A stretch of DNA of 64,000 nt from Eledone cirrhosa (Eukaryota), in the NCBI GenBank assembly GCA_964016885.1, contig OZ024745.1, forward strand, positions 76,818,001-76,882,000, written 5' to 3'. The position numbers and the translations under genes were made by a program. Positions 33,641 through 46,624 of this stretch are shown here, in pieces. Every line of letters starts with the position of its first letter. Position 1 is the stretch's first letter. A model generated the notes under the pieces. It saw only the letters and a list, made by a program, of their open reading frames with translations, was not told the DNA's origin and made no database searches.

Positions 33641-33818
33641 AATAATTGTTTCTACTTTTTGGCACAAGACCAGCAATTATCCAGTACATTACTGGTACTT
33701 TATTTTATCGACCCAGTAAGGATGAAAGGCAAAGTTAACCTCAGCGGGATTTGAACTCAGATCATAAAGGGACATAACTATGCTAGAAAGCATGGCGTCT
33801 GACCCTCTACCGACACTG
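33641..33818 (-). mobile_element. Family B SINE
   Basis: Reverse complement of family B consensus. Confidence 0.82.
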
Positions 33819-34428
33819 CGGCAAGATATGAACCACTCCCCTGAGTTCATTGACTATACCATATCAATGTGGCCATTTGTTATTCTTTAATAATGTAAAT
33901 TAAAAATAATAGTAAAGCAATCAATCACAGCTGTTATATATGTAACTAAAAAGCTGTAAATGGCCATCATTGTAATAATTCATTATTACCGCCGAGGTTA
34001 ACTTTGCCTTTCATCCTTACGGGGTCAATAAAATAAAGTACCAGTAATACACTGGGTAATTGTTGGTCTTGTGCCAAAAGTAGAAACAATTATTACAATA
34101 ATGGCCATTATTGTAATAATGAACTATATATCTACATTATGCGTACTGACAGCAAATGAACTGTATATCTACATTATGCATACTGACAGCAAATGAATTG
34201 TATATCTACATTATGCATACTGACAGCATGGTATATTGTTCCACCAAATGTTGTGTGTCTTTACCAATTACATTTGTTGATGGCCATTTACAGCTTTTTA
34301 GTTTCATATATAACAGCTGTGATTGATTGCTTTACTATTATTTTTAATTTACATTATTAAAGAATAACAAATGGCCACATTGATATGGTCAATGAACTCA
34401 GGAGTGAGTGGTTCATATCTTGCCACAG
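33816..34428. mobile_element. Fold-back element with ~150-bp inverted arms, internal 35-bp tandem repeat and nested SINE
   Basis: 33816-33969 is the reverse complement of 34278-34428; three copies of aatgaactgtatatctacattatgcatactgacagca (34118-34228); family B SINE 33989-34094 with duplicated aatggccat(c/t)attgtaataat. Confidence 0.8.
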
Positions 34429-35189
34429 ATGCTATATAATATTTATTCACAAGGTATTTAGCTTACAGTGGCTCATTTCACATAGCTTTTAGTAAATACT
34501 GTGAGTGATTCAATTCACTGCTTTAGAATGGATGCATTTTTCACTGGTTTGCAGTCCCAAGTTCAATTATTCTGGTAGGAAAGCTACCTGATATAGACTT
34601 GCATTTTATCCCATAGTGGTTTTATGTCATATTTACCTAATGCTCTGTATACCAGAGTTTAGTACTGTTCCCATGGATTAGTGGGATCTGGAAAAGGTTT
34701 GTTTTGAGTATATAAACAGTTGAGTATATAAACAGTTGAGTATATAAACAGTTGATACACTCTGTTTCTTTTGAAATGAAAGTAATTCTCAGGAAGTAAT
34801 AAGGTAAAAAATCAAGATGTATAAACATGAACATTTTTGGTTGTTTTGACATGTTGCAAGTAGAATGTTACTGAAGGTTTCATTTCTGAAATCTTTGTCA
34901 AGAAGAGGTACTGGAGACTTAAACGCTATTACATTCCTAGACTTGAGATGAATATCGCTCTTTAGAAATAACAATTCACAACCCTCAAAGAATCCTTAGT
35001 TTTATTTCTTATAAACTTTTACTGTTAGTAAACTAATATAATTTTGCTAAGAATTGGAAATATAGAGAAGACTTCTAGACTCGTAGCATGGCTTTAGACA
35101 TGGTAATTAAAGCAAACTAAAAAAACTAAAGATATGCATTTGGCTCTTACAATCGTTACAAACAAAAAACAAACACTTCTTTGTCATCG

Positions 35190-35605
35190 CCACTGCTGCC
35201 ACATACAAGCAAGCCGAATTTCATCTTCTCCAGAGGCCTTCCCATATTTGAGCACTTTAATTGTTCTGATGAAATTAGTCTTCACCGCTAGATGCACCTT
35301 ATGGATATTAGATTTGTTTTGACCAGATTTAGATGAGCAAAGTATTCTCTCCATTTTGCGAGGATGCATCTCTCTTCAGAGAGAACCCCAGATGAATTTC
35401 TGAAGCAGGTGTGGAGGGGGACTTTTTATTACAAAATCAGCAGATGGTCTTCAAGAATACATTATTTACTCATCTAAAGTCAGATTCCAGCTTAGCCTGA
35501 AAGCCTCCTATGTCTTAACCTTGGATGCTTTTACTGTCTTTGTTCTGACTTTTCACACTTGCTTCTACTCCAAGTGCAAGAAGGAAGATTTATTTCCAAA
35601 CCAAT
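35190..35605 (-). mobile_element. Degraded Rex3-like LINE internal fragment
   Basis: GKASGEDEIR motif (ORF 35184..35369); homology to 16960-17070 and 43860-44110. Confidence 0.55.
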
Positions 35606-36257
35606 ATTAAAGATGTTTTTGATACATTTAGATAGTTGCCTTTGACTGATGATTATCTATTTGCTTTGTATGAATTTAACTTGTTTAATTACAACTTAGA
35701 GAATCAAAAGTAAATGCTGCATATAAGTGAGATATCTCCTCCAACTTGTCTTGGAGGACAGCAAGTAAACACTGACTCATTTTGTCCAACACATTCTAGC
35801 ACAGAAGGCAGACATGAAAGAATCATGATGATAATTCCTTATATTTTTTCTTTTTGTTTGAACACAGAAGAGCAAACATAGGAAGTTGTGACATTTATGT
35901 CTTCTTTTTGTATTGTATTGAATTATCATCATTTTTATGTTTTTCAATGCAGGCTTGGTTTGAACAAAATATTTTCAGGTAGTGTTTTATAGGCAGATAA
36001 ATTTTCTGATGTTAACCCTTTTATTCATCTTTTATGATATGCAAGGATGCAGTAAATTTATTCTAAAAACAAACTTTTAAGTGAATTGAAATTGTTTTAA
36101 GTTGAAAGATTAATTATTATGCTGAAATGGTCCATCAGGAACTTACCTTTATCTACACATACAATACATGCAACATTCTAATTTCTCTATTATGGCTCAT
36201 TGTATTAACTAACCTATGATTCTGTTTGTAATTGATCTAATCTGTTTTATTTTATAG

Positions 36258-36353
36258 GGTTTCATACCAGCTTTTGTACGACTTGGTCCACACACTGTCT
36301 GCACATTCATTTTCCTTGAACAAATTCGAATGAATTTCGGTGATGATGTATAA
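36258..36353 (+). CDS. SLC25A10: DIC terminal coding exon
   Basis: tttatag|GGT...GTA TAA; GFIPAFVRLGPHTVCTFIFLEQIRMNFGDDV*, the typical DIC C-terminus (KG..PA..RL.PHTV.TF.FLEQ.R..FG). Confidence 0.95.
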   Translation, partial: GFIPAFVRLGPHTVCTFIFLEQIRMNFGDDV

Positions 36354-37129
36354 TGTGACTTATATTTTTTTTATGCATCATGATAATTAATGTAACACTG
36401 TATTTAAGTTGGGTTTCTCATTTTAGCTTCTTGTAAAAAATTTGAATGAATTCAGTAGGTTTAGTAAACATGCAGATCATTTCTATAAAGAAAAAATATC
36501 TAAGGAAGAGAAATTTTATTTTGTAATTGAAATGGTGTTTATTTTGTAATTGAAATGGTGTTTATTTTATATATGTGAAATTTATATTGATTTTTATTAT
36601 TTAATGAAGTATATACACTCTGTCAACTGCACTTAGGGAGGTAATTTCTTTTTTCTTATCACAATCAGAGTGAGATGGCTTATTTCTCCATTGCTATCAT
36701 AACACACTCACAAGTGTCTTATTCCTTACACAGCAGACAACATGGTTGTTAAAAATAATTGACATTCTAGTTAAGAGTATTTGACTGTTTTATCATTGCA
36801 GTCATACGAGTAACTGTCTGTTTTTATACCATTGCAATCACCATTTTGTGATAACATTTTTCATCAGTCACACGCGTATGATGGGGTTTTGTTTTCCATT
36901 GCATATGATAGATGTTTTTCCATCATTCACATGACAGTGTATGCTCTCATAGCAGTACAGTATTTGAATGGTGGCTTTTGCCATTGTCATCATATTAACA
37001 TGGCAGCCTTTGCCATAGTAGTCATACTTATAAGAATGTTTATACTCTTTCAATCATACTCATATGAAAGCTGTTATCAACTCACTCCTACCTGTATAAT
37101 AACTATTGGCTTTTCAGTCATACTTGTAT

Positions 37130-37680
37130 AGCTATTGCCTTTGCAGTCATACATGAATGATGGCTTTTACTATTGCAGTCATACATGTATGATGGCTTTT
37201 ATTATTGCAGTCACACATGTATGATGACTTTTTATATATTGCAGTCATACATGTATGATGGCTTTTTATATATTGCAGTCATACATGTATGATGGCTTTT
37301 TATATATTGCAGTCATACATGTATGATGGCTTTTATTATTGCAGTCATATATGAATGATGGGTTTTACTATTGCAGTCATACATGTATGATGGCTTTTAT
37401 TATTGCAGTCATACATGTATGATGGCTTTTATTATTGCAGTCACACATGTATGATGGCTTTTTATATATTGCAGTCATACATGTATGATGGCTTTTATTA
37501 TTGCAGTCATATATGTATGATGGCTTTTATTATTGCAGTCATACATGTATGATGGCTTTTATTATTGCAGTCATACATGTATGATGGCTTTTATTATTGC
37601 AGTCATACACGTATGATGGCTTTTTATATATTGCAGTCATACATGTATGAAAGCTATTGTTATTGCAGTCATACTTATAT
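37130..37680. repeat. 32/34-bp minisatellite (17 core units) with degenerate units spreading over about 36795-38230
   Basis: Unit attgcagtcatacatgtatgatggcttttatt (32) or ...ggctttttatat (34); most units contain the 14-bp palindrome tcatacatgtatga. Confidence 0.92.
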
Positions 37681-40158
37681 AAAAGCTTTTGCCAATGTAT
37701 CACACTTATATCAACGCTTTTACTATGCAGACATATCTACATGAATGCTTTTGCCAGTGCATCATATTTGTATGAGGGCTATTTCAGTTGAAGTCATACT
37801 TGTATGATGGCTATTTCAATTGAAGTCATATTTGTATGAAGGCTTTTTCCATTACAGTCATGAGTAACTGTTTGCTTTCATATTAATGTATTATGAAAGC
37901 TTTTGCCAAGTCTCACTTGTATGATATTTATTGTCGAACAGTCATGTATATATGATGTCTATTTGATATGGCAGTTGTCCTTATATGATAATATTTATAT
38001 TTGTATGATTTCTATCAATAAATTTGTTGTATTTGTATGATGTCAAATATACTTATATGATGTCTATTCATATCAGAATCATACTTGAATTGTGGCTTTT
38101 GTCATTGCAGTTACCTGTATATCAGGTATATCATGTATATCTCAGTCATGCACTTGTGTGAAACTTTTTCCAATTTGATTACACACGTGCAAAACAGCCT
38201 TTGCTGATAGTCATATCTATGGAATAGCTTTCCCCATCAATTTTAAGTGAATGATGTTTTTTTTTCTTTTTTCACAGCAGTACTCACACTATCAATTACT
38301 CTTTTTTTTTTTACAACCACATTTATTTCTCTTTTTCTTTGTTTCTTTCTCTGTGTTTCTCTTTCCCGTTCATTTTTGTTTTACTATTTTTCTCTTTTAT
38401 CCATTCATATACTCCCACAATTTTCTCTCTAAAAGAACAAGCCATACATGCATACAAACACAAATACTTTCTCTCTTGAATGCAGTCTATTGCACAGGTG
38501 ACTTCATTTTCCATGGCAGCTACACTAAATGACTCTACATTTGCAGTTAAGCAAGTGATGTTCAAAAATCCAGTTTTTATTGTTTGTAGTTTTTCTAGCC
38601 AATAAATGAAAATTGTATATTTTTTAACATTTCATTTAGATGTTGGGTAGATAAATGACTGTTTTTACAAACAGAAATATTATTTCTTTCAATGTCTGGG
38701 TAATCAACTCATGTATGTGTGTGTTCATATATTAGTACTGTAGAAATGAATATGTAATGTTGAATTTCCCAACCTATAGTGCATGGTTTATTTTATATTG
38801 GGATTTTATGAATATTTTAGAAATACAGTCTAATCCAGTATTTTTTATATATGATCTTAATTTTTTTCATTTTATTATATTATTTTGTTGTGATGAAGAC
38901 ATGTTTTATGTAACAACTGGTCGATGCTATTAAACTAACATGGCCAGAATCACTGCTGGGTGAAACCTATCTGAAAGTTTATATACAGACACCACATGTC
39001 TGTTACTTCATTAGATGCAAATACGTCTTTCAGGGTTATTAAAAATAAAGAAGGGTGTAAAATTTTAAATATGGCTTTTTTTCTTCTTCAAGTTATTTTC
39101 TGAAAAATCAATAAAACAAACAAAAATAGGGATTAAATATTTCTGTATAAAAAAAAAAACCATACTGTAGAATTCAAGGGAGATTATGATTATTTTACTG
39201 CACAAATTTCATATCGCAACTCCTATCTCAGTTTTTCATATTCTTGGCTCCATAATAAAAAAGAAATCTTTTTTAAACACAATGTAATTATCAAGAATAT
39301 TTCTATTGGGAGATCTGTTAAGTGTGTAGATTATTTGAATAAATCCTTAAGTGTTTGATTAGGTTCTGAGTTCAAATCTTGCCAGTGTCAACTTTCCTTT
39401 TAATTCATTTAAAGCTTATGAAATATCATTTTAGAAATGATTCCACTGAATATATCTTTATAACAGTTAAATGTGGGTCCTGTCAGAAGAAATCCTAACA
39501 TTATTATGGGAAAGAGTCCAAACTGTTGAAGGTTAATTAAATCTGTATTCAGCCTTCAGACATCTGAGTTTAAGCCCTTTTGGTATGAACTTTGCTTTTT
39601 GTCTCTCCATGTTGAACCAAATTCCAGCTGCATTAAATGCTAATGTACAATCAAGTTTCCCTTCATACATAGGTTGATCTTTTACTTTCCAGAATATGGA
39701 AGACATTCAAGTAAATTCTTGGACAATTTCAGTTTTCAATCTAGTTTCTCAGGTTAAAATAAAAATTTCATTTATTTCTATATTGCTCTCACAAAAAAAG
39801 CATTCATGTTGAAGAGTCCCATCTACTATTGACACTAGACCAGCAATTTGGGGGAAGGATAAAGTCGATTATATTAACCACAGTACTTAACTGGTACTTT
39901 ATCAACTCCTGGAAGAATGAAAGGCAAAGTTGACCTTGGCAGCATTGAAACTAAGAACCTAGAAAGTTGTAACTAAATATTGCAAAGCATTTTGTCCACC
40001 ATGCTACCTATACTACCAATCCACTGTCCTTACTTATATTAATATTAAAGTTTGATTACAAGATCATTTAAATTTTTATAGTACATTTTGTAATATGGCT
40101 GCAAAGTCTCACTGGTTCAGTTTCGTTTGCCAGTTTGAAACATTGTACTTTTCACATG

Positions 40159-40325
40159 CAGTGCCAGATTTAGGGCAAATGAAGCCCTGTGCTAGTTAAG
40201 TTATGAGGCCCCTTACTTGGGCCCTGAAGGAGGTAACACATTTTGGCAGGAAGATGGGGGTCCCCCCTTGGCCAATGGGACCCTGTACTTAAGCACACCT
40301 AGGCACAATGGTAAATCTGGCACTC
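40159..40325. mobile_element. hAT-type MITE
   Basis: TIR cagtgccagattta / taaatctggcact(c); 8-bp flanks ttcacatg / tttacatg. Confidence 0.72.
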
Positions 40326-41245
40326 TTTACATGTCATTTATTCATATATCTATTTATTTCCCATTAGTTTTTCAGATTAATATGGATTATATGGTTCTAC
40401 AAATTTCATGCATTGTAAGAATTTTTAAAACTACTTTCATAAGTTATTACAATAATTATATTTCTTGAAGACTTAATAATGAAAATGGGGTGATACATAC
40501 TTCCTAATCAGAATGCTTAAATCAAATAGAGTAATGTAATGATACTTCTTTGCCATATAAAAAAAAAAATTGAACTTTTGGTATTAGGTATCTATAGTCT
40601 TGCATATTGAAACCAGCTCTGTTGTTTTATTTTCTGTAGGAAAGTGTGTTAACACATTTAGAAAAAATACTACTTGAAAATAATATTAATGGATTTGATG
40701 GAAATTTAATTTTACATGTATTAAAGAGGAAAAGAAAACATGTCATTTTCGTTTTAATTAATTCAAATTATTTTGTAAGTCATAATTTAAAGCAAAAGAG
40801 TTATCTTTTCCTGAATGAACATATTCGTTTCTGGATATGTAACTTAAGATTCCTTCAAGTATAGATGATGTCTAAAATGTTTAGAGAAAGAGGAAGAAAT
40901 AGGATTTAGGAGAGTTACTCATGTATTCTTATCAAATTATGTGAAAAGAAATAAAAAGGAGTTGAATTTGGGCTTTAGACTCCACTGAGATTTGGCTGCT
41001 GTCTTTAACAAATCAGCTAACTACATAGAGATTCTTTTGTTCTTGATGGTGTCAATTTCACTTTTAGTCTACAGTTGTTGCTGATCAGCTTTATTTCAGC
41101 AAACACTATAACCAAAGGCATTTCAGCTATGGTCATCCTGTCAAATCTTTTTCAGGACTATGATATTCTATGTGTGCTCTCTTTGATATGGTGTCATTTA
41201 AGTGAAATTTGGCTGCTGTATTTAGCAAATCAACTAACTACATAG

Positions 41246-41685
41246 AGATTCTCTTGTTCTTGATGGTGTCAATTTTACTTTGCAAAGTTTCTATTTACAT
41301 TGAAGCGAACTAAGCTATTTCAAAGCTAGATACATTACTTAACTTTGATCACAATGCAATGTCAATGATATTACAAACTGTCAACCTAATCAGCTATGTG
41401 CAGTCCCCTATATAGGACACCAGAAATTCCTCCTCCTGATGTTGGAGAGACACAAGTAGATCCAGATTCTCTTGTTCTTGATGGTGTCAATTTTACTTTG
41501 CAAAGTTTCTATTTACATTGAAGCGAACTAAGCTATTTCAAAGCTAGATACATTACTTAACTTTGATCACAATGCAATGTCAATGATATTACAAACTGTC
41601 AACCTAATCAGCTATGTGCAGTCCCCTATATAGGACACCAGAAATTCCTCCTCCTGATGTTGGAGAGACACAAGTAGATCCAGAT
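41246..41685. repeat. Exact 218-bp tandem duplication
   Basis: 41246-41463 repeats at 41464-41681, junction microhomology agat. Confidence 0.9.
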
Positions 41686-42233
41686 AGAGAACAACCAAGA
41701 GAGTGCCAAGTTATCTGAAGACACAGAGATCTAACACAATATTAGAATAATTCAGTGGTAGATAGGTTTTAGTTGAAGAGTACAAAGTTCAATTTGGAAT
41801 CAGTTTGAATTTTTGTATGGTTATGACAAAGTATTAAGAAGAAATAGTATTATATTAGCAATTGTTGCTGGGTAGTCAGTAAAGGAATCATAGGAGGATT
41901 TCAGAGAGCTTGCAGGAGAGCTTCATTAATTCCTAGTTATTACTCCATTGATGCTACTGCTACTATTACTAACACTGCCATCATCATTGCTGACATCCAA
42001 GTCAAGTTGTTATATAAAACCAGTATGTTTATTTCCATAGGAAAATACTGGAAATAATTTTGTGGCTGTTTAAATTGTAATCATTTTTTAAAGATATTTA
42101 TCAATGTTTATATCAGGTTCTGATAAAATAAAATTGTTTTAATTATCCGTGCTTTCAATGATTTATTCTTTAAACATTTTCAGTTAATGTGTTTGTTCCT
42201 CATTGGTATTTTTCATGCATGTATCAAAAGGGT

Positions 42234-42410
42234 TTAACCCTTTAGCATTTAAACCAGCCATATCCAACCAGAATTCTCACACCTCTTTCTGTTCAAACTG
42301 GCTTTTACTGGCTGCTTATATTTATGTTAAAGTATTGTTCTCAAAATAAACATCAAAATCTCATAGATTCGATATTATGTGAGATAAAGTATTTAGTGTG
42401 AAAATACAAT
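42234..42410. mobile_element. TTAA-type MITE (right end missing)
   Basis: ttaa|ccctttagcatttaaaccagccatatcc...; homologous to 15405-15621; truncated next to the SINE at 42436. Confidence 0.68.
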
Positions 42411-42435
42411 AGTCAAAGAAAAAGGAGTATATTTA

Positions 42436-42778
42436 GGTTAAGACCTCCTTCGGTCACAAATGACCATGGGATTTGCACCTAGAAAGTTTACCTCCAAGGC
42501 ACAAGTCCAGGCAAAGTTATTTTGTGGAAGACCAGCAGTCGCACATGCATACCAGCTTCCCTCTCCACGCCACCAATGATATCCAAGGGAAAGGCAATGG
42601 CCGATACAACTTAGCACCAGTGACATCGCAACTCATTTCTACAGCTGAGTAAACTGGAGCAACTTGAAATAAAATGTCTTGCTCAAGGAAGGACACAATG
42701 CATCACCTGGTCTGAGAATCGAACTCACAACCTTCCAATTGCAAGTCCAATGCTCTAACGACTAAGCCATGTGCCTTC
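42436..42778 (-). mobile_element. SINE with family A head but a different body/tail
   Basis: 42635-42778 matches the family A head; 42436-42634 differs; flanked by direct repeat aggagtatat (42423-42432, 42779-42788). Confidence 0.75.
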
Positions 42779-43444
42779 AGGAGTATATAATTAACTGTGT
42801 CAATTCTACTATATTTCTAGTACTTATTGTTCCCATAGCAATAAAAAACAGCACAATTATCAACTCTGGTGGAATTTGAAATCTAAATACCAAAAAGTAT
42901 TTGATTTAGCATTCTAAAATTCTTGCCACACTTTGAATAGCTAATAATAGTTCAATTTATAATATTGTAGGATCATAAACATTATCAACATCAATCACTG
43001 CCACCAACATTATCTCCATCATTAATGTCATTGTTTATTTAATTCTTCATCTACACTGTTGCCACTGCATTACTTGCTCAATATCATGGTGATCATCATT
43101 ATCATTGTTATTTTTGGCATTTTCATATGGTTGAAGAGCTATGTTGCAAAAGGCCATTAAGTAGCTGGACTGGTCTTGTTTATTTTTATTTTTATTTTTT
43201 TGCAGCATATCTGCAATGACATTTAATGTTTGGAAATTAAGTAAATTACATCTGCATTGAAAATAGGTTACAATGTTTTAGAAAGTTGTTATTATATTAA
43301 CATGGCATTCTTTTTTGTTTAGATATATTTTAAATGTGAGTTTTTTGTTTTCAAATTCTGTAATATATTTTCATTTTAAATTTATTTTCTACGATTTTCT
43401 TGAAAAAAAGTAGTGAAATTTGTTTTTAGATATTAACTATCTTC

Positions 43445-44324
43445 TTCCAGCACAGAGACGTCCATAAATATACATGGTATGAGGGGAATCGGGGACAGAT
43501 TAATAATTGATTTTGTTATTGTCTCTGATCTCTTTGATTCTGTGCTGGATGTGTGTATTAAGAGAAGGGCTGAGCTGTCAACTGATCACCATCTAGATAT
43601 CTGTAACTGGAGACTCCCTAAGGCCAAAGAAGCCCCCAAAACTGACAGGTCCAGAGCAACCTACAGGATAAAGTGGGAAGCATTGGGGGATAAGGAAGTC
43701 AGGGCCAAGTATGCAGATACTATTGCTTTCAAATTCAAAGAACTCCCTGAGCAAACTGACGATTTTGAAACAAAGTCGAGATTGTTCAGCTCAGCAATTC
43801 CTGCTTCAGCTGTTAAATGCTGTGGGCAAAAGAGGCTTGGTGTGGTGGCAGGGGGATCCCTTGGAAATAAATCCTCCTCCTTGCACTTGCAGTACAAGCA
43901 GGAACAAAGAATCGCAGCAGAGACAGTAAAGGCATCCAAAGTTAAGATATAGGAGAACTTTGCGGTTAAGTTGGAATCTGACTTCAGATCAGCAAATAAA
44001 GTGTTCTGGCAGACCATTCACCAACTTCGTAATAAGAAGCCTCCTCCACACATGCTATCAAGAACGCGTCTGGGGTTCTCCTCTCTTCAGAGAGGTGCAT
44101 CCTCATGAGGTGGAGAGAATACTTTGCTGATCTCCTAAACCCAATCACAACAGCATCTTCTGATGTACACAGGGTGCATCTGGAAACAGTGACTAATCTC
44201 TCAGAGGCTGAGGTCACAAGAGCTCAAAGGCCCAAGTATTTGTGTTTGGATAAATGGTGCTAAATCGAAATCATTCAATGTGGAAGTCAAACTGCACCAA
44301 GGGTGCATATTGTCACTTCTGTTC
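43445..44324 (+). mobile_element. Rex3/Expander-like LINE fragment (APE to RT linker)
   Basis: ORF 43479..43952: IDFVIVSDLFDSVLDVCIKRRAELSTDHHL...; then RWREYFADLLNP-like segment. Confidence 0.78.
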
Positions 44325-44577
44325 CGGTGGATTGGCAGTATCAGTAGAGGGTCGGACGCCATGCTTTGATGCAAAGAGTTACGACCCTTTCCATTCTGAG
44401 TTCAAATCCCGTCGAGGTTAACTTTGCCTTTCATCCTTACAGGGTCGATAAACTAAAGTACCAGTAAGGATGAAAGGCAGTGTTAACCGCGGCATGATTT
44501 GAACTCAGATCATAAAGGGCCGTAACTCTATGCTGCAAAGCATGGCGTCCGACCCTCTACTGATACTGCCAATCCAC
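44325..44577. mobile_element. Convergent fusion of two family B SINEs
   Basis: + copy 44325-44466 joined through gtaa to - copy 44464-44577. Confidence 0.8.
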
Positions 44578-44586
44578 AATATAATT

Positions 44587-45039
44587 CAGAGGTTCTCAAA
44601 CCTTTGGGGCCACCGCCCTCCCACCTCACGGCCACATAATACCCTCAGCGGTACACAACCCTAAATCCCGAGAAATCTGCCTACACGCAAAATTGTAAAT
44701 AATATATAATAAATAAAATCGTTAATTTATATATAATAAATCATATAATTGTTTCTACTTTTGGCACAAGGCCAGCAATTATCCAGTGCATTACTGGTAC
44801 TTTATTTTATCGACCCCGTAAGTATGAAAGGCAAAGTTAACCTCGGCGGGATTTGATAAATAATATAATAAATCATAATATATACTTTGTATAAATAAAT
44901 ATTATCTATTTTTTATTTTACTATATTTATATATAATATGTATAATTTGATATTTGATATGCTATTATATCATCTTTAGCACCTACTGCACCTTCTCAAC
45001 GCCCCCTGGGGTCGGTAGAGCCCACTTTGAGAAGCTCTG
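44587..45039. mobile_element. hAT MITE with perfect 8-bp TSD and nested SINE
   Basis: atataatt|cagaggttctcaaa ... tttgagaagctctg|atataatt; family B SINE piece at 44745-44856. Confidence 0.85.
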
Positions 45040-45633
45040 ATATAATTCATTAGTGATGTTAACTAAGTGTAATAATTTCAAACTGCCTTGTAAACGTTTG
45101 TGTACTCAACTTGAACGAACATTACTTAATAGCGTACTGATATACCTACCAACAAAAATGAAGTGATTTAAAGTGCATGGATGTTTTCAACTTTGATAGG
45201 TTAGCACAATAATTATGTCAGGGGCACACCCATGTTGACAAGTAATTTAATCTATATATTGATTAATGAGACTAAATTGTATGTTTTAATGTCAATAATA
45301 TAAAGATTAAATGCTTATACATTCATAAACAGAGAAAAATATACTTCGTGTATGTTGCTTTAAGAAAATAGAATTTTCAATATTCAATTTAATTAAAGTA
45401 ATATAACGTATACGACTAAAAATATCTATAATTATCTAAGAGGAAATAACTCATATTAATTCAGGGGAAATAACTCCTGTATCATTTAAAATTTATATAT
45501 ATTATACACACACACACATATATATATATTTGTGTGAGTCCCGGGTTCAAACGGGGGTAACCACAGTAAGTAAGGCACTCAATGCATTAGTAGAGTGTGC
45601 ACAACAAATTTAATATAGAAATGGCTTTTAGAG

Positions 45634-45673
45634 GACTTCCTGATGATTTCCTTTGAATGAAACAGTTCTAGTC
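45634..45673 (+). ncRNA. Degenerate minimal hammerhead motif in a short inter-microsatellite module
   Basis: gact..CTGATGA-tttc cttt gaat-GAAA-cag-tt..agtc; stem III and inner stem I imperfect. Confidence 0.45.
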
Positions 45674-45687
45674 ATGTAGAAGACACC

Positions 45688-45777
<90 letters not shown>

Positions 45778-46284
45778 TTAAGTTTGTTGGTTCACCACTG
45801 GATAGAAGTTGTCATTCCGTGCAGTGTATCATGATGTGGTGTAGGAAAAGCACTCGACGTTACGCAACTCATCCATCTTTGATGTTGAATCATATTGGTG
45901 GTGCAGGAACGGAGTTAATTGTTATTGAGTGAAATGGCAGTAGGCCGGACTAGCGAAAATCCTTCAAAGTTTTATTACTACAAACACTATATACATGTCA
46001 GTGGACAGGTTACGTAGGATACTGGTGACATTATCAGGTGTATATTGCATAATAGTTATATGCTAAAGGAATAAAGGTAAACACAATGCAAGAGGCTATA
46101 AAGAGAGAAAGGACAGACAAAAAAACAAAAAAATATTTGCCTCGAAGGCGATCACACATACACACACACACATATATATATACATATACACATACATATA
46201 CGTATATATATATGCATATATATATATATAAAGCGATGAAATACCAATGATGGTTGGAAGATCACCGATGAAGGACTAACTTTA

Positions 46285-46320
<36 letters not shown>

Positions 46321-46348
46321 TATATATATAGGCATATATATATGCCTA

Positions 46349-46381
<33 letters not shown>

Positions 46382-46624
46382 GCATATATATATATGCCTA
46401 TATATATATAAATATATATATATATACATATATATATATGTGTATATATATACATACACACACACACGTGTTATATATATGAATTTTTAAATTAATAATT
46501 CTTCCCTTAGTCGATAGTTCTGTATTTCCTAAATAGGGGAATCCATAAAATTTTGATTAATCTTATGACTACTAAATGTGATCTGTCAGATTCGCTTTCT
46601 TTTCTATCTCAGATAGCTCCATAG

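Noticed and set aside
37130-37680. Palindromic ~32-bp repeats resembling a CRISPR array
   Set aside because: Units are contiguous with no unique spacers, no cas genes, and the context is eukaryotic; it is a minisatellite.
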